Source of the DNA: Haliotis rubra
Lineage: Eukaryota
Assembly (NCBI RefSeq): GCF_003918875.1
Contig: NW_025767132.1
Span: 124,001-188,000, forward strand
DNA length: 64,000 nucleotides
Direction of reading: 5' to 3'
Shown here: one piece after another, positions 50,101 through 63,181 of the stretch
Position numbering within the stretch: position 1 is the stretch's first letter
Layout: every line of letters begins with the position of its first letter
Notes under the pieces: generated by a model
Databases searched by the model: none
The model's input: only the letters and a program-made list of their open reading frames with translations
Told to the model about the DNA's origin: nothing
Program-made: the position numbers and the translations under genes

Positions 50101-52953
50101 TAGGAAGAGAACAGGTACTTCACTTTCAGTATTCTTACACAATGTAACAATCAATGTTCAGTAACGAGTGCAATATCGTTTTCTGTCACATCAGCATTTC
50201 TGCAGCTAATCTTACCTAACGGTAAATTTGTTTTTCAGAAATTCATATCATCTGCACTATTTCCGAAAAACTATTTGCTTACCAACCCACATAACTATAA
50301 ATAATTTGTAATCTTATCATGTGTACTAAATAAAGGATAATAGTAAACTGTCATTCTAACATGGTCATGTCAAACAAGTTAGTGACTAATCACACATAGC
50401 CACTAACAACAATGTAACAACTGATCATTAGGCCAGATCAATTAAATCACTTGTGTTACAGACCTGCCTGGCAATGTTAAGACAAGTAACACCAAAAAAT
50501 GTAAAATAGTCATGTCTAATCACCTTTTATATCAAATTGAACATTTACATTGATATTTTAACAACCATTATTCTCTCATCTGATGCAAAAGGTTATGAAT
50601 ATTTCCGACATAAACTGAAACCCCTAGAAGGAGGGTATGAATTATACACAAGACAAATATGGCAATGTGCAACATTAACATTTTTGTACCCCCCTGCCTG
50701 GAGGTATTTGGGAAAGAAAGATCTGTAAACAAGCAATTAAATTTCTTTGGCCTTATTGTTATTATGATTATTATTATAAATAAGTATAAAAGGGAATGCC
50801 TCACCTCAAAGCAGCACCTAAAACACACCACAAACATTCGATGCAGAGAAAATGCTAGCCTGATTCTGTTTGGTGAATTATTTGTGATGCCAATGAATCC
50901 TATCCTCACACTCCAAGGAAAGCAATAAGCTGTGGTGCCATGTTGAAATGAAAAATAATATAGACAGAAAAGCACCAAATTCCCTTAAGCCTAACTTCTA
51001 TGAAATCTTCTTGGTTTATAACTAATTCTCAACCTTGTGACATCCAAAACATCTGATTATGGGTAAATGTTATGCTTACCCTGACAAGAACTTATAAAAC
51101 ACATATCTAAAGAATACGTCTTTATTATATTCACATATTTATTAAACATACATGTGGAATCATTGAACATGATTGTAAACAGTTATAGAGGAAAACTAGA
51201 GGTGATTTATCAAAGATCTTTTTCAGTCCCTGTGAAACAAGGTTCATGGACACTGAGTTGTGACCTCAATACAACCGGCCAAGCAAACATCACTCTACCG
51301 CACGTTTAACAAGAATAAAATACAACACAATTGCACTGCTAGGTAACAGAATTACATGACACCCAAACACTTTCACTAATGTGGGTGGATACATATTGGA
51401 AGGTGAAAAAATATGATACAATTCTCATCTGAAGTATAAAAATTGGTTCTGCCCGCAGAACCACCAAATCTTTAAACAGCTTCAATGACTGCTGTAACAC
51501 AGAGATATGCTTATAATATTTACAGACAGCACAAAAATCTAAACTTGACATCATGTACAAACTGGCATTTCAGAATTACTTCATTTTTATTGATTACAGT
51601 CCTTGTCAAACTTGTCATATATCATACACTTCTTAGGGCAAAATATGTAAATGTGATTCTGTAAACATATTATTTCATTAGTTTAGATAAAAAAAATACA
51701 ACCACTAGTTCATAGTTTCAATCATTTTGGGGTATTAATTGATTACAATAATCTGTAAAACAAGAAATACTTTTACATTTTTTACAAAATATGCTAGAAG
51801 TTGTTGTTGACTGATGCCCAATACAAAACATGTTTTGTATTTCCCTGACTGAAATACACAGCATCGCCACTTCCATATTACATGTGTTACATACATTCTC
51901 CTGATGAACCAGCCACTAGGAGACATAAAGTGCACTATGAACTTGTGGACAGCCTTCCTTCACAGCAGAGTATACTCGTGTCCCCAAAAAACTAAATCAG
52001 GGCAATTACTGAACAACACAAATACCATCCCAGAAAGTCAGAACATTATCAAAACTTTGACAAAAAAAATCCTCCTGTTTTTCTTTATAGGATAAAGCCA
52101 CAATATCTTCAATGTACACACAGCCAGTTTGGAAGCCTGTGTGATGGGTTCATTAAGGACAATGGAATGAAACTTCAGCTTCACATTGGTTTATCAAGGA
52201 CAGCAAGACTGTTCCCTGAATGAAAATTCCATCGTTTTGATATCAGTTTCCATAAGCACTGGACATGCAAAAAGGGATCTTTTCATACACAACCTACATA
52301 AATAAAGAGTGACAATATGTTCCTGAGTTTGTTATATTTCTGTAATTTTCCTCAGGGTAAACTAAATAGTTCAAATATGAACAAAAGAAATATGTTTCCT
52401 CTTTTACTGGATAGATTCCTGCAGACAGTTTTGGAAATTCTGAAAAACATTACAAGTGTTAAAAGACAATGCCAAAGATAATATACCACTGAGAAAATGT
52501 GATTCAAGTTTTCCGTTACTCTTTACTTGTTAACGAACAGCATAACTACTACTCCATACTAATACCTTCAATGTATCCATACAATGACTGACCAGTTTGA
52601 AATACTTGGACCTCAAAGCATGGATGTCTAAAGATTGAAGATATTTTGATTGTACACCATACATAGTAATCCCAACTCATTATATCCTTCTCTGGAGAAA
52701 TGTTGTCAAGCTTTCATCTGAGATCTAGCCAAACACTCCAAACACAGTCATGAGAATTTGATCTTCAGTCCCGTTTCACATGATTACCCTAACCTGGCCC
52801 CACAGAACCATATGCAAATGAAAACATCTTGTACGAAATCAGATGAAGGAAAACTTGAGGTGGGAGACTATGACAATCCTGAGTTCACTATGTTGTCCTT
52901 CAATGTAATTCCACTGAAGGATGACAACTGAATCACTCTGCAGTGTTTCTATA

Positions 52954-53300
52954 CACATGGACAAAAGTTAAGCACAGCTGAAAATATATTTCTACACAAA
53001 CAAGACATATTAGTATATGGTTTCTTGCATAAAATATCTGAAGAAACATATACAAACCAGGATTGATTATCAAACGACATGTTTTGGAACTATTCCATGG
53101 CAATAGTTATTTTGACAATGCTTTCAACTGCTGCCTCAGCTACTTTTCTTCACACCAGGAGCAACAAATAATATTCTTTTGACCAAATCTGAAGCAGATA
53201 CAGTGCTATCTTACACATATTTCAAAAAGTTATCTCCAAAATGTATGTTGAAGCAGAAATATACAAATATCGGGAGCAATGCTTAACTGTGTTCCAGGTG
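52954..53300. mobile_element. Tc1/mariner-type MITE
   Basis: TA flanks and imperfect TIRs of about 21 bp (CACATGGACAAAAGTTAAGCA / TGCTTAACTGTGTTCCAGGTG). Confidence 0.55.
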
Positions 53301-55395
53301 TATAAACATTAAGAAAATATTGTATGACACTCATCACAAGAACCTTAATTCAGGAGATTTGGTATTGTGTACCATCAATGTGCATTTCAGTGCATCAATG
53401 TGTGCCTTAAATGCATTCCAAAGATTGTAAGGAAACTTCAATCCCTGAAACATACAGGTTTGATTAATGACCAAATAAAACAATACTGGAAAACCAATAC
53501 GTGTACACAAGTACCCTAGTCTTCAGAAGTGTTATTTCACTTACATTTATTGTAAAAAGTATCATATATAAATAAAATCTGCCCAAATATACTGAATGCA
53601 TACTCACAAAATACAGGTGAAAATGACCCTAAAATAAACCTTTAAATGGTTTGATTATAACTAAAATAATCAACTAAAATCAAATAATTTGAAATCAAGA
53701 ATATGACTTTTATCAAAAGACCTCATGCTATTTTGAACCATTTGATATTTGGTTTTCTCTTCACATGATTAATGTTTGATTGTAAAGATTGAGTGTGAAC
53801 TAGTCTGATCGAAAGGGACATGTGGTTGACAGCAAAGAGTACCCGTACACTATGGCATCATAACACACATGACCAACAGGACTAAGACCAAAGCAAACTT
53901 TCTTGTATGGACATAAAGTAATAATGTCTGAGCTGGTCAGAGCATAGCCCAAATGCTTGTTGTATGCATCTAACAAATACTTTTCACAATCAAATATCTT
54001 GTGGTATGCCAGTAAAATTATACCTGAAAGAAATTTTCTTGTTCATTGTGAGTGAAATCAGATGCACTCAATAGCATCTCCAGTGAATGCCTGTATTTAT
54101 TCTAAATTTCCATTGAGAGTATGAAACTTGATTGAAGACTCTAGAGAAGATGCATCTTCCCATGGCAAAAGTGTCCACTGGATTATATTAAGCTTACTTT
54201 TCTTGGCATCACATTGTGTTCACAAAGACTTGTGCCTCATCATGATGAAAATGTGATATTCAGTTACATTGCTGTTCTTATTTCAAATCACATACATGAC
54301 AAGTATAACAGCCGACCTGATCGATCACAAAACACAAAAATTTGAGATTTCATCCCTGACAAACAAAATGAAAGATTATCACTGTAAAGATGTGTAATAC
54401 TGCTTTATTGTGCTTTTATAGTAACAGAGGAATGCATGCATGACACTGCATATTGTCAAGTAATAGTGCACAGCGTGGCAAAATGAAACATTCTGTCGGA
54501 CATCATCTAAAACTAGCACAGCATCTTAGTCAGTGCAACAAGCATTCAATTGATTGGGTTATGAGTCTAATGAATAAAAGTAAGTGAAAACTTTGAACCA
54601 TTTTGGAAATTTTCAGAATAATTTCAGTGCAAATGTCAAATGGCTGTGGTTATAGCAGCAACTGCATATTAGAGATGTTAAGTTTGTGAAACATTCTCTG
54701 ATTGGACTATATATACTTGCAATATGCCATCAACACTTACACACAGAATAGTATGCCTGATAAATCATGAGTGGAAACTAGTCTTGGAATTAGCTACTGG
54801 ACAGTCTGGTTTCATGGGGAAACCGGGAGGATGGATTATTAGTGGATAAGCACCATGTGTTCTTGTAATTCCTCAAATATAAGCTTGTAAACAATGGATG
54901 ATAGCAGTATCATGTGAATCAATGAATTACACTGCTGTCCTCTGTTCCAGATAGTTTGACAACTACATTACACCGTTGAAAAAATACTTTTATATATTGT
55001 CCTCTAAGAAATGTCAGAAAATTAAATTTGCAATAAAACAACATTTAAGAATATTAATGAAGTATGAAATCAAGTTACATAATTTATGATAAATTAAAAA
55101 ATGTGAACCCATAATACAGGAAACAAATCTGTGACCTATACCAAGTCTCAAAAAGACAGAATGTAAATATTAATAAAAAAAAGGTTAATAAAACTACAGC
55201 TGATTTCAAAATACAAAGACTTCTGGTGGAAAAAAATGTACTGGTAGCAAAAGATCCTCTAGCTCAAGTATCTCAGCCGAAGAAAAACATTATGGTGTTC
55301 GTGTATACCATTATTTCAACCCCATAACAAAGAGACAGATACAATGGTGTAAATCCAGTTTGGTTTGATTCAATATATAAATCTAAGGATCTATA

Positions 55396-56028
55396 CAGTC
55401 TAAGTAAACTTAAACTCAGTATTATTCGTTACACCGTTATACTGAGTCTAACAAACCCGAGTAGAAGGTCGCGACAGCTAACCTTTTGAATTGACCAATC
55501 AGAACACAGCTTACCAAATCGCGAAAGTTCACATTCGCACATACCGTGAACTTTCACCGCAAACGTTTGTACTCGAACGATTCCGAATGCTATTTTCCGC
55601 ACGATCGTTTCCTGGTGATAAACATGGAGGACGCCATTATTCACAACAGTGGGTAAACAGTCACTGAAAATAATGATTATGTCAATATTCCAGGTTGACA
55701 TCTTGTGGAAATATAAGCTTATGGTAACCATGTCATCAGAAGCCCCTAAGCGTATATACTGCAGGTCAGTTATCTGTGCTTTACTGTGGATTTTCGTTTG
55801 TTGAGAGATCAGTGTCAGCGACTGGGGGAAGACTAAAACCAAAAAACATTTTGTAAACCCTAAAACAGTAGCTGTTGTCTGATTGGTTAAATCCATTTGG
55901 CCGTCTTCACGTTTGACTGGACGGTCATAGGTCGCTCAAAGGTTAGCTGACGCGACCTTCTACTACAGTTTGTTAGACTCAGTATAGCAATGTAACGAAT
56001 AATACTGAGCCTTAGTTTACTTAGACTG
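55396..56028. mobile_element. 633-bp non-autonomous DNA transposon with about 60-bp TIRs (AcademH-like)
   Basis: TIRs CAGTCTAAGTAAACT...ACTGAGTCTAACAAAC and GTTTGTTAGACTCAGT...AGTTTACTTAGACTG; 10-bp TSD AGGATCTATA (55386-55395 / 56029-56038). Confidence 0.85.
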
Positions 56029-58445
56029 AGGATCTATACAACCAGCCCTACTTAATCATCAGATTAACATCCTCATCCTTTAGAAATCCTCCAAGCTCAC
56101 CTCATTTTCATCGTAATTTGGCTGTGTTGCACTCCATTCCAAGTGTATATGCACCAACTGGTCACCATGTTCTTAGAAATTCAGTGGATAGTGAAATTCC
56201 TTCCTCCTCCATTTTTAGAAACTAATGATGAAAATCTGATAACTAACCATACAGGCTTTCTCTCACAACAATCTTCATATCCACGAATATATACTTAATG
56301 CAACATACTCATTGAAAAAGACGTAATAAAATGTTTTCAAAATTGATGTGAAATAGTAATTGGGTGGGATCATCTTGTTTGCATACTTATAAACATGCCC
56401 ATAGGAATCAGGATGGAAATGTACGTCCTCTGTTTGAAGATCCGACACTTGTCAGCTAACGGAAACAGAAACATATGTTCTAGTGTGGCTAAACAGAAGC
56501 TGAAAAATGTTTGATTTCGCAGACTCCACAGCGGCATATTAGTTTTCACATTACAATTCATGAGTTAGTTACTGCTTGGAATAAATCACCTGTTTTGGTA
56601 ACTACCATAAATGTGAAGAACGAACATGACACTGCGCTCTCACTCTGGAATCTGAGCACTTCAGGCCAGGTTAGGAAAGTTAATAATGAATGCTGATGTG
56701 GTAATCTTAATTAACCATCAATATTAATTGGTATCATTAAACCATACAATAAATAGAACGAAATGGACCTTGCAAGTGGAACCACCATTCAGTAAACCAA
56801 TTTGATAATCATGTTCTATAACTGTTCTGTCAAGACCTGACACACTCTCCATAGGAGAGGTCACAACAGGTGAACTTTCTGATCAACCAAACATCAACAA
56901 GACTTCTAAATTCTGATTAGCATGACTGAACCATTCAAGACAGTATATTCAATTCCTGTGTCTAAACAACAAAAATGAACTGACAGTTCGGAATGGAAAA
57001 CAATATCAACCAAGCTATTCTGTGAATATAAAACGATATTATTGACTGTTGGTTTTGTCATGTCTTTCAAAAAACACCATACAAAATTTCTTTCAGTGGT
57101 GGTCTAATTTCTCCAACACCAAATATTAGTAGTACTGTCCACAAACCCCTGTCTATGTTCTCTGTTTAACAATAAGATAAATTGTTTCATAATGCTGACA
57201 TCTCATTTGCTTATATATGTCCAGGCACCATTCACTTCACATGGATGATCAAAGTTCATACAGGGTTTATTTCATGCTACCTCCTATGCAGTTTTCATCA
57301 GATTTTGATGGAAAGAAAATCACAAAATAAGAACAAATCAGAATTTAATGAGAATATTCTGAGTTTCACTGAATATATACTCCTCCATTCAGAATATAAG
57401 CTATGTGGACTATTTATCTGTCTTACAACTGAAGAAGGAGCATATGAAATGGGTAGGTCAACCCTGCTTTTTATTGTTTTACCATGTTAACTTTCAAACA
57501 TGTCTGAACTTCAAATCTTTTCTAACAAATTGCCATTTTCGTTGCAACAAATGTGCCTGTGCGACACAGGAGGCAAGAATGTAAGCATGAAAATACAAGA
57601 ATGAGTTATTAGAAAATTCATGAAACAGAGAAAGGTTATACGCTGCTTTTAGCAATATTCAAACAAACAAGAAAAGGCTTTACAGATTTAACCCATCTGT
57701 GAAGTTGAAACAAGGTCTTTGGCATGACAAGAAAATGTAAACCCACTTATCTACCCATAACCCCTAAGACCCCATCCTAGTTTACAGCAAATGAATAAAT
57801 AAGTACTAGTAAGTGAGTGTGTATGTGAGTGCAAGACAACCATCACTTAGTCAAGAGTACACAACATCATTAACACAAAACAGCTTAAGATATAGAGATG
57901 CATATACCAAAGAATTTTACAGAGTACTGTCCCTACTCCCTTAGTCCAACACATGAGTATTTCCATGAAAATGGCCATAAGCGTTAAGCCCTCAGTATGA
58001 TCATTCTATGTGCAAATGCGAGTATCAATTTTTAACTGATAATTATGTCATATGAATTATGTGTTGATGAATTAGCATAGCATACAGTTCTCAATACCTA
58101 CAAATACACATTCCATTACTTTAATCTAAATTTTGCAGAACATACCTTTTACATACTTAACAAGTAAAATTATTATCTTGCAATTTTCACACTGTATCAA
58201 CCATCCAAATAAACATTATAATTCTTTGAAATCTAAAATTATTTGAAAAATAACAATAATAACCTTATGATGTTTAAATTAATCATCTGTACATAATAAT
58301 TTTCTTAAAAAGGATCAGTATAATGTGAAATTATCAACATTTGAAGTGCCATGTCATCACTATTAAAACAGATTAAATTTGTTTTTGAAATATTTAGTAC
58401 CAATAATACACACCAATAAATTAAATTTACATTTTCTCAACAATA

Positions 58446-61400
58446 TTATACTTTAGTTTCAATGTTCTGTGTGAGCATTCTTAGTTGCTGCTGTGGCTGT
58501 GGCTGTTGTTCTTGCTGACGTTCCTGCTGCTGTTCTCGCTGTCGTTCCTCCTTCCTCCGTTCTAGCTCTCGATACAAGGCACCCCGATATGCTTCATATG
58601 TCATAACAATTTTCTTCAGGTCTTCTTTGCAGAGTCGGACAAGCAGAGCATCATAGTATTCCAGTTCTGGGAGGCGGAACAACTCCCACTGTCAACACAA
58701 AGCAGTATTTTTAATATATTCATGACATGATTAGAAATTATTAAAATACTAACAACAACAACAACAGTTTGATTGTAAAGCACATTACTCCATACACAAT
58801 GTATGTTCAAAGCGCAGCATTTTTACAACTCCTTATCAGTATGGAATCATTTTTTATTCTCAGCTCTGAGGTGAGTAAACAACCAAAGCTGCCTGTGAGG
58901 CACTAGAAGCTTAACAGTCACATTTCTGGCATGCCATGTAAATGCCACAGCCTCCTGATATGTATCCATCATTGCAAAAATCACTGTATCATGTCAGGTG
59001 TGCCTTCTTACATGGACAAGCTTACAGTGGTAAGTGATATCATTCCCTTAGCAATAGTAAACAAAAGTCATTCCTGCCACAATAATCATTCATATATAAT
59101 AACTGTAAGACTGTAATCTCCATATATAACTGATATGTAATAATCAGTACCAAGAACTATCATTCTTACCCTGAGTTTGTGGTCATGGTCAGGGGGAGCT
59201 TTAGAATACACCATAAGAAAGTGTGGAATTTCTGAAGAAAAAAATAAAGTGAAAAAATTAAAAGGGTTTGTTTGATGTCTAATGTCACTCAGCAATTTTC
59301 CAGCTATATGGCGTCAGTCTGTAAAAAATCAAGTCTAGACCAGACAATCCAGTGATCAACAGCATGAGCATCAATCTATGCAACTGGGATACAATGACAT
59401 GTGTCAACCAAGTCAGTGAGCCTGACAACCTGCTCCTGTTAGTCACCTCTTACAACAAGCACAGGTTGCTGCAGATCAATTCTAATCCGGATCTTCACAG
59501 GTCAAAATCAAAAAGAGAACTAAACAGCAACCATCAATAAAACATACTGAAAATAGTATAAGCTTGAAAATTTTAACTAAAAATGGTATGTTTATAACAC
59601 TTATCTCACGTTATGCACTGTCCCTTGTTCTTTCAACGGTTGAGTGAAAAACATCCTGAAAGAAAGTTTCCAGCCTTTTGTAACACCTGACCACACCACA
59701 CCCCTGATACTTCGGTTGTTATAGTCACTGGAAGCTTGTGCAAATAATTTGTCTTGTCCTGGCAAACTATATAACACCCAACAGAAGTCATGTGACAATG
59801 CCACATAGTCACTGGTTGGAGGATTCTGCCTCTCTAGCACACTCTCATCCTCCTGGAACTTGTCGAAGGTGACAGTTTGAGTGAATGAAGCTGAAGGATT
59901 CACACAATATTGTTGCCTCCCTTGACTCATGTTGCTATTTTTGCCACAAGAAGCTCATCGGAAGTCTGGGTTTAATAGAGTATACTGTGTCGGTCATCAG
60001 CATTGCACAGAGTCTTGTACTTGCATGCCAACCTACTGGAGTGAAGAAGCAGTCATGCAGAAAGTGGGTCCATAACAAATTTGGAAATGCTCATATATGA
60101 ATGAGATGGTTCCTCTAACACATGCATGATCCTGGGTGGTAGCATGCGCCACAATCATGGCAACAGCCTGCATCACTGATAGAATTAAGTTGATGGATGG
60201 TACAAATGGTGGTATCCAGATGATTCTCTATCAAGGTCGGAGTATTGTTGTGTTTAGCACATAAAGTCACAATGTCAGCATCCAAAGATGGTGAGGTTTT
60301 GATGGCTGACAATCCATGTACATGCGAGGCCCCAGTAAATGAACTTTGGTGTCTGATGGCCATCCTTTATTCTACTGAACTGTTTGTCCAACAATGATAA
60401 GAGATCTTTAAGGATCGTCTTTGGAGGCAAGAATCCATATCACGATCCTTCATTCATAATAAAAGTAGTCGACTGATCTGCAGCTGAAGAACTCTTTTGT
60501 AGTTGAAGCTTGTCAACAATCCACAACAATATGGTGGAAGATTTAACATTCTCAATGCTACTCTCCAGGTCCGATTGACGCTAATGAGGAGGAGAGGATG
60601 ATGTACTTGATAAGGAATATGTGATCTTAGATGAATAGATGGATGATGGCCGAGCATTATTTAACACAATCGACATAGCCTGTACAATCGCATGAAAGAC
60701 CAAAGGCCTAGTAGCTTGAAAATCCTGGAATTGATGATCCCAAGAGATGTATTATCTGTTAAAGAGGAATCAACAAAGAGTAATGGAGAGTAGATCAATG
60801 ATCAATGGTAGCAGAGTACTGCCTAGGGATTTTAGACGGCAGGGATGAAGAGAATTGTCAAATGTAGGATGGTCATCAATCCATGAGGAACTGCTAAATC
60901 TGAGAGCAAACACTCAGAGGGGAAGGATGATATTGTCAAAGATCCCATAGTTGGTGGTTGTTGTCGAACCCATGCAGGCATAGCTGATTGAAGAACTAGC
61001 CAGAAGGAAGGAAAGATCAAATTGTGAGATCACCGAATCTAGAGGCAGGATCATCGATCCAACGCCTGAGGATCAGACAATGCATTGTATGAAAAAGGAG
61101 AAGGGATAATCAATGAGGAAAGCGCTGGAAGAAGAGACTAGGGAGGGGTAGTCTGAATGGGTCAGAGAAGTTGTCTTGATGGGCAAGCATTCTTTGTAGC
61201 GTGCTTATATTTCTTGTTAGAAGATGGGATGAAACCGCCTGAAGCACCTTGCAATCCCTGACGAATACATGCCTTCCTATACCCTGCAAAGTAGTCATCA
61301 GCCAGCAGACTACATTCATTGTTGTGACCCGTTACATTACCTAATGCAGTCTTTGCATGAACTTCCAGTGACTGCCTTAAACAATAGGAGCAGGGGTGAT

Positions 61401-63181
61401 GTATTTATAACTTTGTTTCAGCTCATTTTTCCACAGCACTTTCAAAAGAAAAAGGGAAAGTGCATAATGTGAGATAAGTTTATAATTGTGTGTGATTGCT
61501 GCACTCAGCAATATTTAAGCATTATAACATCAATCTGTAAATATGAACCAGTGAAAGAAATTGGGAGCAACTACCCACTCAGTATCTGTACAGCTGCGGT
61601 GGGGTAGCCTAGTGGTTTGTTCTTATTCCCCACATGGGTGCAATGTGTGAGGCCCATTTCACCATGGTATTGCTGGAATATTGCTAAAAGCAGCTTAAAC
61701 CATACTCACGCACTCAGTGTGTGTACGAAGACACAGGCCTGTGTTTATGACCAGAAGGGACTGACTGACTGACTGAGTTTAGTTTTACGCCGCTTTTAGC
61801 AATATTCCAGCAATATCACGGCGGGGGACACCAGAAATGGGCTTAACACATTGTGCCCATGTGGGGAATCGAACCCAGTTCTTCGGCGTGACGAGCCAAC
61901 GCTTTAACCACTAGGCTACCCCACCGCCCCGACCAGAAGGGAAACATATTCTGAACAAAAACCCTTTGGTGGTGAAATTATCATAGACAGAGAACATGGC
62001 ACATCATTATATATAAGCATAGTATCCTTTCATGCTGATAGTAGTATTTCATACACTTCCCTGGGTGAGATATGTGTGTGACACCCAATTCTAGGTTCCT
62101 GCTTTGGTGATGGTGATGGCTAGAAGCAATCAGCTGGACGATGTCACTCACCGTTGTGTTAGGCATTCATAACAACATGGGAATATATGAAATATGCATC
62201 AATTTGACACTCAAATGATGTGATTTTATGGTGAGTAAGAAACAGATTTCTACACTTGTGCCCATCACATACAGGGTGTGACATGGCACAGAAATGTGTG
62301 TCAAAAACTAAATGATTATACTTGACCAGTAAACAAATATATTGCATCCCTACAAAATAACAAAATAGGTACAAAATAACCATAACAACAATCACTGTAC
62401 CAAATTGTTGATAAGAAATGTAAGATCCCGGGGCAGATAAAGCTTTTTGAGAAAATGGGGATACACAGTTCATTTTCACCTGTTTTCATGAGTTTCAATG
62501 GTCATTTAATAAACATTTAGGACAAAAGGGGGGATGGGGGGTGCGCACACCTGCACCCCACCTCTGGAACCACCTATAGGTCCTGTAATTCAGGTAACTA
62601 TCAAGTCATTAAAGTACTGTACAGTATACCATAACATTTTCTTTACTTTACCATATCTCCTGTAAGGAACCTTAAAATTCATTGTTGGAAAGTCCAGTGG
62701 ACCCCCAGCTTTTTTAAGTCAAGCAAAAAAACCTTCATATACCATTTGTCTCACAACTAGCGATTTCGAAACTCTCTTTCACTTGGTTTATACCTTTTGA
62801 AATCATTTGTTGTGAGATAAATGGTATCCACTTGTGTTGTCTAACACAATGTTTCTACAATGTTTCATCTAACATGTACCACATGCTATAAGCTAACCAA
62901 TAATGCATTTCCAACTCGGGCATTATGAGTAAAGCTTGCAATACTTATAAGAATTTCTTTACGTACAATGATATATTGTGGATGTTCATTTCACAAATGT
63001 GAACAGTTATTTACCTGTATGAAGATAGGGGTTTGCAGGCACAAGGACGTTAGTCTGCCGTGGTGGACGGTATTCTATGTGCAGGGGTATCTGTGGCTGG
63101 CGTCCATAGCTCAACATCAAGCCATGCTGTGGGACTAGTGCAGTACATGGATGCTGAACTTGAGCAGTCTTTGACACATGG
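58446..63181 (-). CDS. SAV1: Protein salvador homolog (Hippo-pathway scaffold), last three exons; 5' part lies right of the window
   Basis: Exons 63015-63181 (end of WW2 HVSKTAQVQHPC...VPANPYLHT), 59170-59231 (EIPHFLMVYSKAPPDHDHKLR) and 58446-58688 (WELFRLPELEYYDALLVRLCKEDLKKIVMTYEAYRGALYRELERRK, SARAH domain). Phases 1 and 0 fit. VPANPY, EIP, WELF and YEAYR are SAV1 hallmarks. Confidence 0.95.
59265..59502 (-). mobile_element. SINE family 1, older CpG-decayed copy (SAV1 intron)
   Basis: Colinear with 35577-35821, with many CG>TG/CA changes. Confidence 0.82.
59600..61400. mobile_element. Probable highly decayed LINE-derived sequence in the SAV1 intron
   Basis: GC-richer, coding-like composition with many short broken ORFs and faint endonuclease-like fragments (DLSF...). 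No intact RT motif seen. Confidence 0.3.
61596..61716 (+). mobile_element. SINE family 2, internally deleted
   Basis: GCGGTGGGGTAGCCTAGTGGTT..ATTCCCCACATGGG..GCTGGAATATTGCTAAAAG; tail-to-tail with 61761-61930. Confidence 0.8.
61761..61930 (-). mobile_element. tRNA-derived SINE family 2, full length with TSD
   Basis: Perfect 12-bp TSD GACCAGAAGGGA (61749-61760 / 61931-61942); (CAGT)n tail; A and B boxes intact. Confidence 0.92.

Noticed and set aside
55429-55896. 155-aa ORF inside the 633-bp MITE
   Set aside because: No transposase or other recognisable motifs; too short for an autonomous element.
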